Origin: Octopus sinensis
Taxonomy: Eukaryota
Assembly (NCBI RefSeq): GCF_006345805.1
Contig: NC_043016.1
Location: 13,206,001 to 13,270,000 of the forward strand
DNA: 64,000 bases
Direction: 5' to 3'
Shown: positions 35,461 to 47,940 of the stretch, piece by piece
Layout of the letters: each line of letters begins with the position of its first letter
Numbering within the stretch: position 1 is the stretch's first letter
Position numbers and translations under genes: made by a program
Notes under the pieces: generated by a model
Told to the model about the DNA's origin: nothing
Database searches by the model: none
Seen by the model: only the letters and a program-made list of their open reading frames with translations

Positions 35461-36149
35461 CTTCTATATATGTTTTGACAGATGCACTCCCAAATGTCCA
35501 ACAGGATAAATTATGGTTAGGAATGCATCAAACTCATCAAACAGACATGTTAACAGAAATAGAAAGTCCTATAAAATGTAATGTATTTATATTCATATGC
35601 GCACATGTATATACACAGTCAAATATGTGACATGTAAATATAAGCATTATATATTTACAAAAAAAAAACAACAACAAATGTTTACAAACATATATACATA
35701 GATATACATTTGTGAGCATCACTGTTGTGGAAAAATCTTGGTTGGAAACAGATGAGTAGTTGGCAAAAGTAGTGGGGGGAGGGGGATCAACAAATCTCAT
35801 CCGACCCATGCAAGCATGGAAAAGTGGACATCAAATGATGATACGGATGATGATAGAGCATCACCTTGAAGATTTTTAGTCAAACAGATCAACCCCAGTA
35901 CTTATGTATTTAAGTCTGGTGCTTATTCTATTAGTTTCTTTTATTGAACCACTAAGTTACTGAGATGTTGACACACCAACACTGGATGTCAAGTGGTGGT
36001 GGGAGATAAACCCAAACACAAATACACACACACATACACACACACACACATGTATATATACTCATACATACATACATATATATCTATATATTGCGAAAAC
36101 AAAAAGTTAAATTCTGGTCATAGAGTGGCCAATGGTTTTGTATCCATGG

Positions 36150-36625
36150 AAGCTACAGTCTTGTAGACTGCTCGTCAGACTCTATACAAAATTTAATCTT
36201 TCTACCATGCAGACGTGAGGAAACGCTCAGATATCAAGATTTAACAGCTAGCATATAAAAATGTTAATGAGGACAGGTTCTCTCTCCTGGAACAGAGGAT
36301 TAAAAAACCCATTATGGACCCAAAATAGCCTAACCAGCAAACAAGCAGATCCAGTTTTCCAGTAGTCAGCGCTTAAAATGGACACATTTATAGAAAACTT
36401 CTTTGTGACTATTTAATGCACCAAGTTTAGCATAGTCCTTAAGAATTTTAGTTCTCTCCATGATGCAGAGTTTGCATTGATATTTGGGCCTGGATGTTCT
36501 ATTATTTTCCACCTGATGTCACATGGGGTCCCTTGCTCACATATGACTGTCCAGGGCCATGACAAAACGTCTTTCTGGGACTCTGAAGGATGACTGGTGG
36601 TTGCAGAAGCGATTTCTGAAAGATG
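36150..36625 (-). mobile_element. Penelope-like GIY-YIG C-terminal remnant plus broken hammerhead
   Basis: CEQGTPCDIRWKIIE...CKLCIMERTKIL...LNSHKEVFYKCVH; CTGACGA-GCAGTC-TACAA-GACTG at 36156-36178 lacks GAAA. Confidence 0.6.
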
Positions 36626-36631
36626 TACTGT

Positions 36632-36780
36632 AGGCGCGGGCATGGCTGTGTGGTTAGGAAGCTTGCTTCCTAGCTACATGGTTTCGGGTTCAGTCCCACT
36701 GCGTGGCACTTTGGACAGGTGTCTTCCACTATAGCCCCGAGTCGACCGAAGCTTTGTGATTGAATTCGGTAGGCAGGAGT
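36632..36780 (+). mobile_element. SINE family B 5' half
   Basis: AGGCGCGGGCATGGCTGTGTGGTTAG...GGGTTCAGTCCC. Confidence 0.85.
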
Positions 36781-37364
36781 TACTGCCGTGTGTGTATGTG
36801 TGCGTATAGCTGTGCAGTGCCTCTCCGAAAGAGAGAGAGAGGGTACTGGCCGACCTGATATATTTACAAACTTGGGATGTGGCTTTCTTTGCACTCCTGG
36901 TTTATCTCTGGTAGGTCAAGGCCTGGGGATGCTGTTGTTAACACCGTTGCTGATGTCCATATGGCGCAATGATCCGGCTGTGTTATTGCTGTGATTATTG
37001 TTTCCGGTCATTTGGCTGGCGATATTGCGGCTGGCATTAGTGTGGGTGCAGACGATGGTAATATATGGTGCAAGGCCGGTCATTCCATCACTGTTGATGA
37101 TAATTGTTTAATCATCATCTGTGGTGGTAGTGGTGGTGGTGGTGGTACTGGGGACGCTGGATACCTCCTCTCTGTCACTGGTCCTGGATTGGTCATCATC
37201 TCTAGGTGTGGCAATTGTATTGGTGGTATTTTAAAAAAAAAGTTGTGAAATCTTTTATCAGGATGTTACTACTAACCTTTTTGGAACAAGTGTTTTTTCC
37301 TAGTTTGTGTGAGCACTTTTGATGAATATCTTCAAACACCTGCTCTCTCTCTCTCTCTCTCTCT

Positions 37365-37580
37365 CTTTACTCTTTTACTCTTTTACTTGTTTCAGTCATT
37401 TGACTGCGGCCATGCTGGAGCACCGCCTTTAGTCGAGCAAATCGACCCCAAGACTTATTCTTTGTAAGCCCAGTACTTATTCTATCAGTCTCTTTTGCCG
37501 AACCGCTAAGTGACGGGAACGTAAACACACCAGCATCGGTTGTCAAGCAATGCTAGGGAGACAAACACAGACACACAAAT

Positions 37581-37619
<39 letters not shown>

Positions 37620-37770
37620 TACGACAGGCTTCTTTCAGTTTCCGTCTACCAAATCCACTCACAAAGCATTGGTCAGCCTGGAGCTATAGCAGAAGACACT
37701 TGCTCAAGATGCCACGCAGTGGGATTGAACCCGGAACCATCTGGTTGGTTAGCAAGCTACTTACCACACA
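37365..37770 (-). mobile_element. SINE family B, full length
   Basis: Reverse complement of the consensus; a diverged head follows at 37860-38015. Confidence 0.9.
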
Positions 37771-38904
37771 GCCACACCTACACCTATATATATATATATG
37801 TATATATATCTAGAGAGAGAGAGAGAGAGCGGGAGAGAAAGAGAGTGAGAGATACACACGCACGATGGGCTTCTTACGGTTTCTGTTTACCAAATCCACA
37901 CACAAGGCTTTGGTCAACCCAAGGCCACAGCAGACATTATTTGCCCAAGATGCCATACTGTGGAAGTGAACCCAGAAACAAGTGGTTGGAATGCAAACTT
38001 CTCACCACACAGCCACACATCTTATCATTATCATTATCTCACACACACGCACACACACACATACGCATATGGTTGTGTGTCTATATGTGAGTGCTTGTGC
38101 ACACATTCACAGATAAACACATACATATAGTTAGAGAGAAGCTATTCTGTTTATCTATAAAAAAATAAATGTAAGTAGATCCTAGAGCCAAATGTGACTC
38201 ATAATAGCCGTATGCGTGAGTGTGTGTACGGTTGTCTATGTGAGTATGAGCTCCTACGCTTTGTCCTAGTTTTCTGAATTTATAAGTAGAAGGGGAAATA
38301 AACTATTTCATCTCAAGTAATGTCATCGTTGTCGTTGTCGTCATCAACATCATCATCATCATCATTATCATCATCATCAACAACAACAATAACACAATAG
38401 ACCACTTTATTCACAGACATTTCAAAAGTAAATAGACGCCATCATTTTCGAAAGATACATTTCTGTTTTCTGTTTTGGACATTTGTTGGTCAAAGAAGAG
38501 GTTTCCTTCTAGTCTCTCTGCCATAGAAGCCAAGTTGATGGAGACAACCTCACAGAAGTTCTCCAACTCATTTGTGTTACAACATCAGCTGTCTTACAAC
38601 AGAGATTCCTTTTCAGCCCCAAAGTGAGAGATTCATTTGACAGCCCCAAAGTCACCTGTCAGAGGGCCCAGATCGATCTGACCAGGATGCTGTTGACACT
38701 TTTTTTCCTTTGCTGTTAAAAATGTCCATCCACTCTGTAGACTGTGCTAAGAGGAATCCTAAGGCTTCATACTCTCTCACACTGGCTAAGTCCATCCTCA
38801 GATTCACTCACAATACACCTTCTCTCTCTCTCTCTTGAAGACAAACGACCCATTTGCTTTTGGTGTTTGCAACATGGCTAGTTGCTATAAACAATTAACA
38901 TATC

Positions 38905-39400
38905 CTCCTCCTGCTCCTGCTCCTCCTCCTGCTCCTGCTCCTCCTGCTCCTCCTCATCATCATCATCATCATCCCCATCATCATCATCATCATCATCATC
39001 ATCATAGTCATCATCATCATTATCATCATAGTCATAGTCATCATCATCATCATCATCATCATCGTCATCATCATCATCATCATCATCAGCATTCAGCATC
39101 ATCATCATCATCATCAGCATTCAGCATCCATTTTCCACACTGGCATGGGTAAGATGGTTAGACTGGAACTGGTAAGCCGGAGAGCTATACCAGGCTCTAA
39201 TCTGGCTTGGTTTCTACAGCTGGATGCCCTTCTTAACACCAGCCATTCCATAGAATGTACTAGATGCCTTTAACATGTCACTGGCATGGATGCCTTCAAT
39301 ATGTCTCCCAACACAAGTGCCCTTAACATGTCAGTGGCACAAGTGCCCTTAACGTGTTACTGGCACTAGTGCCCTTAGTATGGCACCAGCACTGGTCACT
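38905..39400 (-). mobile_element. Diverged RTE 3' end whose tail has expanded into a (CAT/CCT)n microsatellite
   Basis: Microsatellite at 38905-39120; RTE-like 3' end at 39115-39400. Confidence 0.7.
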
Positions 39401-39448
39401 ACTACTGTTTTGCTAAGTTTGACGTAGATCGCCAACAGTCTCAGTCAC

Positions 39449-39599
39449 CTGTCATCGCGTAATCTGAAATGTAAAATAACGACACATTAACAAGTGTCAA
39501 GCACCACCAGGTATCATCTACACTGATAAAATTGTAAAATGAGGTGGGGTTTACTTATTTTTAAGATGTCTGTCTGTATTCTGAACAATGAGAATATCG
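39449..39599 (-). CDS. Candidate pair of small host exons (39555-39599 and 39449-39463) around a 91-nt GT-AG intron
   Basis: Acceptors TATATTTTCATCAG and TTTTACATTTCAG; donors GTAAAC and GTGACT; two frames open (IFSLFRIQTDILKINYAMT or DILIVQNTDRHLKNKLRDD). Confidence 0.25.
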
Positions 39600-40084
39600 C
39601 TGATGAAAATATACCTCAGAGAATATACCAAAATAATAAATATAAATTTCAGTTCAATGATTTCATTAGAGTAATTTCTCTTGTTTGTTTGATTGTTTTT
39701 TATTTTCCTTTAATTTTGAATGCCCCCAGAGAGTGAGAGAGAGTTTTTGTCAATTAATTGCATGAATGAGCTCAATGAATTTAATTTTTTTCTTAATTCG
39801 CTATATTGCAAATCCGAATCCATGCTATATTCGTATTTTTAAAAAATAAATCATTATCTTTTACACTCAATTTACTTGAATTTTATCATAATTTCCAGTC
39901 AGTGTGTGTGCATGTGTATATGTACGTACTTATTGGTGTGTATGCGTGTGCACATGTGTCTAAAAAATTATAATGGAGTTAGAATAATGATATCGATCTT
40001 TTGATATAGGGACCAGGTCCCAAATTTAGGCATGGTGTATAATCAATAATAATAGGCCCTTGTGCTTGAATATAGTATCATGTA

Positions 40085-40620
40085 ATAATAATAATAATAA
40101 TTAATTCTTTTTATTGGTCACAAGGGCTGACAAACATGATTGGAAAACATAAAGGGACAAAACAGGACAAAAGGTTACAAAGGGTTTTGTCCGTTTGTGA
40201 AAAAATCGTGTAAAAACAGTGTAACAATCAAATAATATGACAATGAAAAACTCCCAATAGGGGGAGGCGTTACGAAAGGTTCCGGGTGGAAAAACCCATA
40301 AAAGCCAATGGGAGCCTGGTCAAAAGGAGGGTAGAGAGCCCCTTTCTCCTTTTATAATACCTTTTTCAATTACAGGCGAATCCTCAGAATTGGTCCATTT
40401 ATACTGGCCATTCTTGCACAATTCACCCACCTTTCAGAAAACTTGCTATCAGACAGCACTCTCCTCAATAACAATAACAGACAATAAGGAGAGTGCATTG
40501 TGATTTTTCAACAGGTTGTCTGTCTTCTTTAGGTTCAAAATGTAAAATGGAAACACTTCAGAAACAAGGAAATCCTGGGTCCCTATTTTGAAAGAATGAC
40601 ATCACCAGTTTTCAGTCTTG
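40085..40620 (-). mobile_element. 3' end of a second Tx1-type family with (ATT)n tail
   Basis: RVLSDSKFSERWVNCARMASINGPILRIRL*; 3' UTR ends GCCCTTGTGACCAATAAAAGAA. Confidence 0.7.
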
Positions 40621-40719
40621 TAACTGGTTAAAAGAAAGAAAAAAAGAGAGTAAAAAACAAAAAAGTAAAAAGAAAAGAAAAAGATAAGAAAAAAGATAAA
40701 AGGAAAAAAAAATTATTTA

Positions 40720-41180
40720 GCCAAACAATTTTGTGTAAATGTGATGAAATTCCTCTGTCATTTCATTCATTCCTTCAGGGCAAGATGTTTGTAATTATTT
40801 ACAAATATATTTGTCCTCGTGCATTTTGAGGACTGAAAGTGTAGATTCAAAATATTTTCTGAGAATCTGCACTTTCAGGAGTTCCTCAAAATTGCAGCCA
40901 TTTGATGTAAAATGTTTGGCAAGTTCTGTCACACTACTGTTATTGTGCCTGATGTCATATCTGTGCCCTTTGAATCTTTTGTCTAATCGTTTTGTTGTAA
41001 AACCAACATAAATCAAGTTGTGTTTGGTGCATTCTGCTGTGTATTACCAAATGGGGAATCTTTACATACCTGACCTTCCACACAAAATTATGACATTTCT
41101 GTTATGATTCACAATGGAACTGACTTGACTCATGTTGTTGCACAATAAACAGGGCTTACCTCTCTAAAACTATAGCTTTA
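40720..41180 (-). pseudogene. Penelope-like GIY-YIG endonuclease remnant
   Basis: YTAECTKHNLIYVGFTTKRLDKRFKGHRYDI...LAKHF...HEDKYICK. Confidence 0.8.
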
Positions 41181-41323
41181 AGTCCAATATAAAATTACAT
41201 CTAGTTTTTAAAAAACAACCATTGATTATTGAAAGCTTGTGGGTACCTAAAATTACAATTAGCAACCGGCTACCCATGTAAATTTTACCAGGAATAAGAA
41301 CAAACCTGAGTCAAATCAATAAC

Positions 41324-41391
<68 letters not shown>

Positions 41392-41409
41392 TAATAATAT
41401 CACAGATTT

Positions 41410-41845
41410 ACTCAATACCACAGATTTGCTTGTCAGTTGTTTGACCTTAACCAGTTGAGCATGTCCCTTAGTGCAGAAGTAGTGGGGGGGGGCATCATAG
41501 CCATGTGTTGAGAGGGATTCTTTAGGATTTGAATACTTCATCTCTGGAAACATGAGTGTTTCATTCATCATCTTTAAACAACCCTTATTCAGGGACCTTT
41601 TGAGCATGATGGGTTACTTGACCTGAAGAAAATTCTAACTGGGCCCCACCTGCAAGGTCATGTGCTGTTTATCTTGATATGAGATCACCCTGTCGCGCAC
41701 ATACGGTTGTGATGCATGTGCCTGATGTACCCATATCAGACTGGTAGTCATGATGGGTATACTGGGATTCATATATTTGTAACCCATTGTCACTTTGATG
41801 GCATGAACTGCTCTCTCACTCAATAATAATAATAATAATAATAAT
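41410..41845 (+). mobile_element. 5'-truncated family D element between (AAT)n tracts
   Basis: Matches 23320-23770. Confidence 0.85.
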
Positions 41846-42759
41846 GATGGACTCTTCTTCTATCAAAGACAACATATAAGTGCTCGGCTTTTGCTGAACG
41901 ACCTGCACACAGGATTTGTTTATAGTGATCAAGTGTATGTGCTGTACAGTAGCTCACTCCTTCCATCAAATTGACATTGCCTGAGCAGGTGTATGGTGTG
42001 CCATGTGTCAGATGTCAAAGTGATCACAGAGCAACATGAAACGAAGGGTTTTTTCTCAAGAACACAACACAGCATCCAGTCTAGGAATTGAAACTATAGT
42101 TTCACAATCATGAGTGCAACACCTTTGACTTGACTCATGTTGTTGTACATATTATTGTTATTATCTCCACCTTTGCTAAGGCGGAGGTATTGTTTTCAGT
42201 CTTTTCCAACAGTCCAATCTGTGTATATGAATAATAATAATGATGATAACAATAATAATTTATAACAATAATGGGGATGCATGTGTAATGGTTAATGTAT
42301 CATCAGAAGGCAGTAATCCATTTTGAGTCGGGGTCACCAAATGTAACAGCTTTTGACAATAGGATCACCAAATGTAACAGTTAATGTATCTTTACATCAG
42401 GAAGCCAATTGTAACAGAGTGGTTACCAGAATGTAACAGGCGTGATGTTAAAGAAGAGAAAGCTGATGTGAATGTCGTTAGATTTCAAAGAGTAAGGACA
42501 TTGGTTGAAGTTGTAGATAACATGTCTTTTATTTACTGTTACTTAATATGTATAGCCTAACCATGACAAGCTGGTGTGTATAATATAATCGAAATTTAAT
42601 TTTTCCTTGTATGAGAGTGTATAATGTTCTAGTCATTCTAGCAGCAGGAAAGAGATAGACAGAGTGATGTTTGTTAGAAAAGGCTGTATGGCTAGGGAGA
42701 ATTTCTAGGTTTGATTTTGAATCTCAGGTAGGACCAAACGAGGTCTCTCTCTACACACA

Positions 42760-42960
42760 CATAAGTGACAAAGAACTAGGAAAGATTGAAAAGTACAGTC
42801 TACTAAGAGATGAAATTACAAGAATGAGATCCATGAGGAGAGTGTCATTCCAGCAGTTGTAGGGACACTTGGAGCATTAACAACTAAGTTTGAGAAATAT
42901 GTCAGAGTAATCAGAACTGACATGAGAGCAGAGCAAGCCCAAAAAACAAAACAGCTTCTC
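42760..42960 (+). pseudogene. Old R4/Dong RLE endonuclease fragment
   Basis: KELGKIEKYSLLRDEI...IPAVVGTLGALTTKFEKY resembles ExEKxxKYxxLxxEI...VIPVVVGALG. Confidence 0.65.
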
Positions 42961-43789
42961 TCTAACTATATGTATGTGTTTATTTGTGTATGTGTGCACA
43001 AGCACTCACATATATATACACAACCATATGCGTATGTGTATTATGTGTGAGATAATGATAATGGTAAAAAGATGAAAGGCAAAGTCAACTTTGGTGGTAT
43101 TTGAACTTAGAATATTAAGACAGATGAAACACAGCTAAGCATTTTACCTGGTGTACTAATGATTCTGCCAGCTCGCCACCTTATTTTTAATACAATATTA
43201 ATTTCTCTAAGTCAATGAGAGAGCCTCCATACGGTTGTTGAAGCTGCTAGAAATAGTAGCAAAATCTCTCTCAAATCATATTTATTGAAAGGACATATTG
43301 GATAACATAGTCTGTGCTGTACTATGTGTGAAAAGATGAGATGGTCACAATTGGAATGCATTTGTTTATAGGTCTGCTTAGTCTTGTGAGAAAGTGACAG
43401 TCACTAAAAAAAAAAGAAAGAAGTTTGTTATTTTATTTAGGTAGTGTCCTACTTTGAACAGCCCTCACTTTCAGAACACCCACCATCATTGCTAATTAGG
43501 TCACCTATATACTAGCACAAACTGCCAACATCTCAGGAGCCTTCATAAATTTATTTCCATGTGTTTCTTTACTGCTTACTTACTCAAATTTGCACCTGCT
43601 ACACACACAACCATTTTATCTCTCAGTCTACCTGTATTTCAATTGGATGCACAATGTAGAATTCCTACAATTTCATTTCAACATAGAGAACATGACAACC
43701 ACTTCCAATATGGTGGAACGGACCTGTTTTCTTACCTGCTAAGTCTTGTGTCTTCAGCATTTAGATTTCTTTGTCAAATGAAAGGTTTA

Positions 43790-44205
43790 TTTCTTTACAT
43801 TGTTTTCGGAGATTTCAATGATGTGATTGTTTATTTTTAGAATGACATTGTAGGGTAGATGTGAGAGGCCAGATATGGCTGGTTTGAACATAAAACAGGT
43901 AGAATTTTAGAGCTGGATATGACCAGTCTAAAGGCTAAAGAATTAAGCTTTACTCTGTCAAATGACAGATTACTCTGTCAAATGACATATTATTCTGTCA
44001 AATGTAATACTGTAATGCTTATTTATTCACATTGTTTTAAATTAATCATGTTTTAACTCATAACTTTGAGATTGTGATAATGTGATTGCTTATTTTTAGA
44101 ATAATATTGTAGGGTAAGTGTGAGAGGCTGGATATGGCCAGTTTAAAGATAAAGCAGGTAGATTATTTTGGCCAGATATGGCTGTTTTAAATGTTAACAG
44201 GTTGA
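43790..44205. mobile_element. Two tandem diverged copies of a TTAA-ended (piggyBac-type) MITE
   Basis: TTATTTTTAGAAT.A.ATTGTAGGGTA..TGTGAGAGGC is repeated; the first copy ends GCTAAAGAATTAA. Confidence 0.55.
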
Positions 44206-44991
44206 GCCCTGTAGATTTCTAAGCTTTTGCATTTACAATTTCAGTTTCAGTTATAGGCTTCAGACAATCAGTATAGAAATGTCAAACTATCATTGACATT
44301 TTTGTAATTGCTTGAAAAGCAATTCTAACCACAAGAGACCTGGGAAGCAAGCCTTGATGTGGACATCTTCTCACTCACTAAACTCCTCAATGAACTCCTT
44401 GGTGACTCCCCTCTTGACCACAGCTTTCAGAACGTGGCTTATATGGTTCTCACAAGTCATATATCTACATCAATTTTTCGTAGTGTATCGGCGATTTGAA
44501 ACCTAACCACTGGGTATATTGGTTATGCATTACCGCTAAACCACTAGTGTCATGTGATTGGTCTGTTAAGCAGCCAATCAGCATCAAGCCATTTTGTGAT
44601 TCAGTCTTCTAGAATCTTCTTCTTGTATCCCATATAAAGCTGCTTTTGGTGCCAACACTCTTTGCAGTCAATTCAACAACACATCTCACCTTTTGCTATG
44701 CAGAAAGTTGAGGTAGCTGTGTAAAATGTGGCTCCATTCTTGCCAGATCAGATGGTTCCAGATATTTCCGCAGACATTTCCACGTTCTTAGGACAGTCTC
44801 AACTAAACATTCACACAAAGTCTCGTAACTTCTTCAAATACAATGCAGTTCTTCCTTCTCTCCCAGTATGGAATTATTGCTGCTGTCATTTGTAAAAGAC
44901 CAGTGTGTATGCCTCAAAGTGCAATAATAAAATCTTTCATTAAACGTTGGGGTTACCAGACAACAAACACTCCTTCGACGTTAGTAACCAC

Positions 44992-45378
44992 CAAAGATGG
45001 GCACTGTTAATCAAAAAGTTAATTTCATTAATTGTTAATCCATTAACTAAAGAGTTAACTTCAATAACTGTCAATCAGTTGATTTTTTTTTAAATGTAAA
45101 GGAAGTTATCGATAAACCATTAACATTAATTTTCATTATAGAAACAAACAAAAAAACAGTTTTTGCTCTAAAACCACCTAAAACACCTATAAAAAAAGGC
45201 CAAAACTATTAAATTTGTTAACTTCAATTCAGGTTGACTTGAGTTATCAGAAGTTAAATACGGAAGTTAATTAGTCTGATAATGATTTCCAAAGTTAACT
45301 TAAAAGTTAAATCGTTAACGAAAATGTTAACTTCATTAATTAATGATAAATGGATTAACGGTTTGGTGCCCAGGTTTG
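44992..45378. mobile_element. hAT-type MITE, 387 bp, rich in GTTAAC subterminal motifs
   Basis: TIRs CAAAGATGGGCAC and GTGCCCAGGTTTG; 8-bp TSD GTAACCAC and GCAACCAC. Confidence 0.8.
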
Positions 45379-46164
45379 GCAACCACCAATCTACAAATCA
45401 TGGTACCTTTACAAAAAACTCTTCCAGATCATTAGACCTGTAGGTAGAGTGGTTTGGTCTTTGTTAAAAAGTTCTGTAGCAAACCTGATGAGGGAGAAGT
45501 CATCAATGGTAACCTGTCCTGGTACAAACTTGAATTGCATCTCCTCGTAGGAGTGGATTCTCTTCTTTATTAGTAATGATATATGACTCTTTCTATTACT
45601 TCCATAACTCGGTCCATCAAATGGTACTTCTTTAGTTTCTTCGTTTTAGAAGCTCCTCCTCCTCCTCTTCCTCCATGTGCCCATGTAGCATTTGAGGATG
45701 GTACGTTACATCAGAGATCGGGTATGATCCTTTCCTTATACCATCTGATTGACTATGTGAGCTATGAGCACATGACCTACTTCCCCAGACATTTCCATCA
45801 TCCTGGATACCGTCTCTGAGGAACCAGCAACTTTCTCTGTCTTCGTAACCTTGATTTACTTTTCCATCATATAACTATCAATTTCAATGGCTGTTCAACC
45901 TAGTCGAGTCTTCAAAAGATAACCACCAGAACAACGTCTGCTCCACTCTCTCTCATATGTGATAGCATTTTTCTTCTTTTCCACACCAGTGTGAACAAAT
46001 GAACACCTATCATTTTGCACACATTTTGCCCCACTGACAGCCTGATTCACATTAACACACTTCTTTGCAATCCAGAACACTTGTGACCTTCACATCACAG
46101 AACATTGGAAAGCTCCTTACTTTCAACTTCTCTTCCTTGTTAAATATACATGATATATAACATC

Positions 46165-46815
46165 TCTTCTACTCAGTGGTTAGAACATCAAGCTTACGAT
46201 CGTGAGGTTGTGAGTTCAATTCCCGGACCAGGCTGCATGTTGTGTCCTTGAGCAAGACATTTTATTTCAAATTGCTCCAGTTCACTCAGCTGTAGAAATG
46301 AGTTGCAGCATCACTAGTGCCAAGCTGTATTGGCCCCTTTGCCTTTCCCTTGGATAACATTTGTGGTGTCGAAAGGAGAGGCCGGTATGCATGGGCGACT
46401 GCTGGTCTTCCATAAACAATTTTGCCCAGACTTGTGCCTCGGAGGGTAACTTTCTAGGTGCAATCCCATGGTCATTCATGACCGAAGGGGGTCTCCTCCC
46501 CTGCTCCTTATTTGATGCTGTCCCTTTCTTGCATCCCTTCCAGAAGGTGTGTGGCTTAGTGGTTAGGTTATTTTGCTCACAATCCTAAGGTTGTAAGTTT
46601 GATTCCCAGTGGTCCTTGAGCAAGACACTTTATTTCACGTTGCTCCAGTCCACTCAGCTGGCAAAAATGAGTAGTACCTGTATTTCAAAGGGGCCAGCCT
46701 TGTCACATTCTGTGTGTCATGCTGAATCTTCCTGAGAGCTACATGTTACGCATGTTATTAATTTCATGAGTAAGCTGTTCTGTTCATTGGATCAACTGGA
46801 ACCTTTGTTGTTTCA
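46165..46815 (+). mobile_element. Two adjacent SINE family E copies with different tails
   Basis: CAGTGGTTAG...GTTCAATTCCC at 46173 and GGCTTAGTGGTTAGG...GTTTGATTCCC at 46553; shared core GCTCCAGT.CACTCAGCTG. Confidence 0.8.
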
Positions 46816-46844
46816 ACCCATGCAAGCGTGGAAAACAGATGTTA

Positions 46845-46894
46845 AATGATGATGATGATGATGATGATGTCGACAATGATGGTGATGGTGATGG

Positions 46895-46929
<35 letters not shown>

Positions 46930-46954
46930 GTGATGGTGGTGGTGGTGGTGATGA

Positions 46955-46988
<34 letters not shown>

Positions 46989-47011
46989 GATGATGAAGGT
47001 GGTGGTGGTGG

Positions 47012-47052
<41 letters not shown>

Positions 47053-47280
47053 ATGATGATGATGATTATGATGATGATGACGATGATGATGGTGATGATG
47101 ATGATGATTATGATGATGATGATTATGATGATGATGACGATGATGATGGTGATGATGATGATGATGATGATGAAGATGATGAAGATGATGATGATGATGA
47201 TGATGAGATGATGATGATGATGACGACGACAACGATGATGATGATGGTGATGATGATGATGATGATGATGATGGTGGTGG

Positions 47281-47352
<72 letters not shown>

Positions 47353-47415
47353 CAACAACGACAATGATGATGACCATGACGATGATGATGATGGTGATGG
47401 TGATGATGATGATGG
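46845..47415. repeat. ~570-bp compound (GAT/GGT)n microsatellite extending an RTE tail
   Basis: Preceded by CCCATGCAAGCGTGGAAAACAGATGTTAAATGATG. Confidence 0.95.
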
Positions 47416-47897
47416 TAATGCCTTCTTTCATGGTCCTATAACTTTTAAAATTCCACCACCATGGTACTTTCTGTACTTCCTGTCAGACTGGCACTTTGCT
47501 CCATCGATACATCTGCTTTTGTGACTCATTGCATGCTGTCATTTATATCACAAACCCATTTCTCTTATTTCCTCATTTCTGTCACACACACACACACACA
47601 CACAGCACACAGTACTTATAAATGGCAGAAAGATCTTTTGGCCTCTACATTCTTCTTTCCCCAGAATTTTTGTTCTTCAATGAAATACAAGTCACCAAAC
47701 ATAAAAGTTGCCAATAACAACAAAAGGTGGGCGCTTGTTATTTACTCATGATATATAAAGTATACCAGGGAAACTAACAACAGGGCCCCCCCGGTGAATA
47801 CTCAGCAAATTATTGTGTGTGTGTGTGTGTGTGTGCATGCATGTCTTTGAATACATACATATACACATATACATATATAAACATGTATGATATATAT

Positions 47898-47938
<41 letters not shown>

Positions 47939-47940
<2 letters not shown>

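Larger units (their letters stand above)
43450..46100 (-). pseudogene. Old, fragmented RTE reverse transcriptase interrupted by MITEs
   Basis: EMSGEVGHVLIAHIVNQ, EEMQFKFVPGQVTIDD (45.4-45.8 kb), and GRLRDKMVVC, YIGDLISNDGGCSES (43.45-43.7 kb); the middle part is uncertain. Confidence 0.6.

Noticed and set aside
43575-43670. Selenoprotein exon (GILHCASN*NTGR with in-frame TGA)
   Set aside because: Flanking translation matches the RTE PHD-like and YLGD region, so the TGA is a decay stop
26588-47726. Plus-strand exon candidates at 26588-26629 and 47665-47726
   Set aside because: Acceptors are good, but donors are weak, the peptides are unrecognised and there are no supporting neighbours
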